This document shows, piece by piece, positions 16,548 through 18,703 of a stretch of DNA of 18,703 bases; the first letter of the stretch is position 1, and every line of letters starts with the position of its first letter. A program made the position numbers and the translations under genes. This DNA comes from Candidatus Thermosaccharophagus tengchongensis. Lineage in GTDB: Bacteria; Armatimonadota; Fervidibacteria; Fervidibacterales; Thermosaccharophagaceae. The stretch lies in the NCBI GenBank assembly GCA_032161105.1, contig JAVHTD010000035.1; one strand, 5' to 3'. The notes below the pieces were generated by a model that worked only from the letters and a program-made list of their open reading frames with translations, was not told the DNA's origin and made no database searches.

Positions 16548-17804
16548 GTGTCACAAGTTACAAGGCGCGACTTCGTCATTGGCAGTGCAACCGTTTTCAC
16601 TTTGACATCTTTAATGCGTTCCGAAGCGGAGGTATCCGAGAAGGTGACCAAAGAGAAGGTGCTGTGTGGTGTCATTGGTGTCGGCGTTCACGGGAGGCTT
16701 TTGTTGAAGGAGCTTATGCGCATGAGTGATGTTGAGGTTGTGGCACTGTGCGATGTTTACCAACCAAACTTGGAGCGAGCGCTGAAGGGCATCGGAAAAG
16801 CAGTGCGAGCATATTCCGACCACAGGCAGATGCTTGAAAAGGAGAAGGAAATGCAAGCCATAATCATAGCCACGCCAACCGGGACGCATGTTCCCATTTC
16901 AATTGATGCGCTGCAAGCGGGGAAGCATGTTTATTGTGAAGCCCCGCTTGCGAATGACATTGATGACTGCAAGCGCATGGTCAAGGCTGCTGAAGCGAGC
17001 GATAAAGTCTTTCAAGTTGGCTACCAAAGGCGCTTCAATCCGCTATACAGGCATGCTCTCAAATTCATTAGAGTCGGTGCAATAGGGCAGCCGGTGCAAG
17101 CTCGTGCACATTACAATCGTAAGGATTCTTTGCGCCGCCCAGTCTCGGATGCGAAGTATGAGAAGTTGCTCAACTGGCGGTTGTATCGCCATACATCTGG
17201 AGGCTTAGCTGTTGAATTTGGCTCACACCAACTTGATGTGGTGAATTGGTTTTTGGGCGCAACGCCAATATCAGTAGTTGGGAACGGCGGGATTGACATA
17301 TGGAAAGATGGCAGAGAGGTGCATGACAACATTCATCTGCTGTTTGAATATCCGAAGGGTGTAAAGGTGACATATACTGCAACGCTCGGATGTAGCTACG
17401 AGCGGCATTATGAGCTTTTGCTCGGGACAATGGGCGCAATGTGGTTCTCAAAGGAGCAGATTGGTCTATGGTTCAAGGAACCAGACGCACCGGAGCTTGG
17501 TTGGGAAATTTATGCCCGTAAAGAGCAGCTCGGTGATGCGCTTGGTATAGTCCTTGATCCGGAGGCGTCAAAGTATGCAGCACAGCTTGAAGGCGGATTT
17601 AAGCCGCCGCAGAAAACCGAGGCGGAGCTTAAAAGCCCATTCTATATCGCCCTGAGTGAATTCTTTGACTGCATCCGCGAGGGTAAAAAGCCAGCTTGCA
17701 CTGCAAGGGAGGCGTTGCAAGCTACAGTTACGGCGATTGTAGCTGCTGCGGCAATTGAGAAGGGTGAAAAGATCACCTACCGCCAAGAATGGTTTGAGGT
17801 TTAG
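16548..17804 (+). CDS. Gfo/Idh/MocA family oxidoreductase-like protein with twin-arginine signal (EKP motif altered to EAP)
   Basis: VTRRDF Tat motif; GVIGVGVHG; IATPTGTH; HVYCEAPL; FQVGYQRRF; GGLAVEFGSHQLD. SD AGGAGGTGA overlaps the ORF-track start (16539), favouring GTG 16548. Confidence 0.92.
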   Translation: MSQVTRRDFVIGSATVFTLTSLMRSEAEVSEKVTKEKVLCGVIGVGVHGRLLLKELMRMSDVEVVALCDVYQPNLERALKGIGKAVRAYSDHRQMLEKEKEMQAIIIATPTGTHVPISIDALQAGKHVYCEAPLANDIDDCKRMVKAAEASDKVFQVGYQRRFNPLYRHALKFIRVGAIGQPVQARAHYNRKDSLRRPVSDAKYEKLLNWRLYRHTSGGLAVEFGSHQLDVVNWFLGATPISVVGNGGIDIWKDGREVHDNIHLLFEYPKGVKVTYTATLGCSYERHYELLLGTMGAMWFSKEQIGLWFKEPDAPELGWEIYARKEQLGDALGIVLDPEASKYAAQLEGGFKPPQKTEAELKSPFYIALSEFFDCIREGKKPACTAREALQATVTAIVAAAAIEKGEKITYRQEWFEV

Positions 17805-17849
17805 CACCTGACACACGCTGCTACTTTACAGCCACGCCAAAGTTGCCAC

Positions 17850-17901
17850 CCAAACCGATGATGGCAGCAATGAAATGCATGCACCATTATCGGCGTTTTG
17901 G
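17850..17901 (+). terminator. Terminator-like hairpin after the oxidoreductase-apbE-oxidoreductase run
   Basis: CCGATGATGG (17855-17864) / CCATTATCGG (17884-17893), 10 bp with one G-U pair, followed by CGTTTTGG and T-rich sequence. The loop is long (19 nt) and the U-tract imperfect. Confidence 0.4.
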
Positions 17902-18281
17902 CTTCCTTTGTTGGTAGGGTAATGTGCTTGGTGAGTCAATGGCTAATTACTCACTTTGCTTGGGCAGTAAACGGTGCGGGTGGTCTGGGACGAACTTTTT
18001 GGCAACAAGAGGCTGGAGATGTGCAACCGGGAAGTTACGGCTTCTCGCCGCATTGGGGAGGCGGACGCTGAGAATACGGAAGGAGGAAGATCGGCGCGGC
18101 AAAAACCTGATTTACCACTGGCGACCGTCTGAGTAGTAGAAAAAAGTTGCAAGCGCAGCATACTTGGGGAGTTGAAAGCGGGTGAAACGAAAAGATGAAG
18201 CGTTGAGGGTTCGCGCAAGGTTTGATGGGCTTGTAGTTTTCGGTAAGTTGCAAAGTGAGCGAACAAAAGAGGTTGAGAAGG

Positions 18282-18703
18282 GTGGGTAGCAAACTACCTC
18301 GCTTGAAAGTTTTTGACGACCCTAAACATCCAAACAACCGCCGCTTCCTCGTCACAGAAAAAGGTCAACCCTTCTTCCACCTTGGTGACACTGATTGGGA
18401 ACTATTTCACATCTCTCATGCGAGGACTCCTTGGCAAAAGGCGTTGCATTTGCCCGGTGCATCTCAGGTCAGGCACGCAAAGGCTTTGATGCTTTCACGA
18501 CCGATGTTGCTTCGGATTCCAGACCAAACTTTGCTTGCATCAGATCCCGGGACAGGTGCAGAACATGTTCGCGCAGCAAGGGCAATTGACGGAAGTTACG
18601 CCTTCGTTTACATCCCGGTCCCAAAGCCGGTTAAGGTTCGGCTTGACAAGTTGTCAGGGAGGGAGGTTCGTGCATGGTGGTATGACCCGAGGTTGGGAGA
18701 GGC
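18282..18703 (+). pseudogene. DUF4038 / GH140 apiosidase-like gene with the catalytic domain deleted in frame; retains the C-terminal collagen-binding-like domain (runs off window)
   Basis: Hand translation from GTG 18282 (GAGGT upstream) is open to the edge: MGSKLPRLKV...NRRFLVTEKGQPFFHLGDTDWELFH|ISHARTPWQKALHLPGASQVRH...SRPMLLRIPDQTLL...DGSYAFVYIP...VRAWWYDPRLGE. The first 43 aa match the family N-terminus (FFxLGDTAWELFH); the rest matches the region that normally follows the barrel. Confidence 0.8.

Noticed and set aside
18144..18253. Direct repeat AAGTTGCAA at 18144 and 18245
   Set aside because: Two 9-bp copies only; not an array and no evidence of a target-site duplication.
18395..18589. 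64-aa ORF from the track
   Set aside because: Alternative frame overlapping the DUF4038-like reading frame, which has clear family motifs.

Overview
Bacterial chromosomal window with two divergent gene runs and no visible tRNA, rRNA, CRISPR array or transposase. Minus strand (13635->1), closely spaced: fused siroheme decarboxylase AhbA/B-like gene, glnB (PII), glnD, glnE, a secreted beta-sandwich + DUF1080 protein, a Tat-signal Gfo/Idh/MocA oxidoreductase, an 809-aa secreted GH42-like protein of unknown family, and a GH29 alpha-L-fucosidase that runs off the left edge and is absent from the ORF track. Plus strand (13951->18703): Tat Gfo/Idh/MocA oxidoreductase, signal-less ApbE-like flavin transferase, a second Tat Gfo/Idh/MocA oxidoreductase with EKP changed to EAP, a terminator-like hairpin, and a DUF4038/GH140-like gene (also absent from the ORF track) that appears to have lost its catalytic barrel through an in-frame deletion. 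The most interesting items are the Gfo-ApbE-Gfo* module, the PII/GlnD/GlnE cascade in one operon with a divergent GlnE C-terminal domain, and the internally deleted GH140-like gene. Family calls are from motif recognition by eye; no database search was run.
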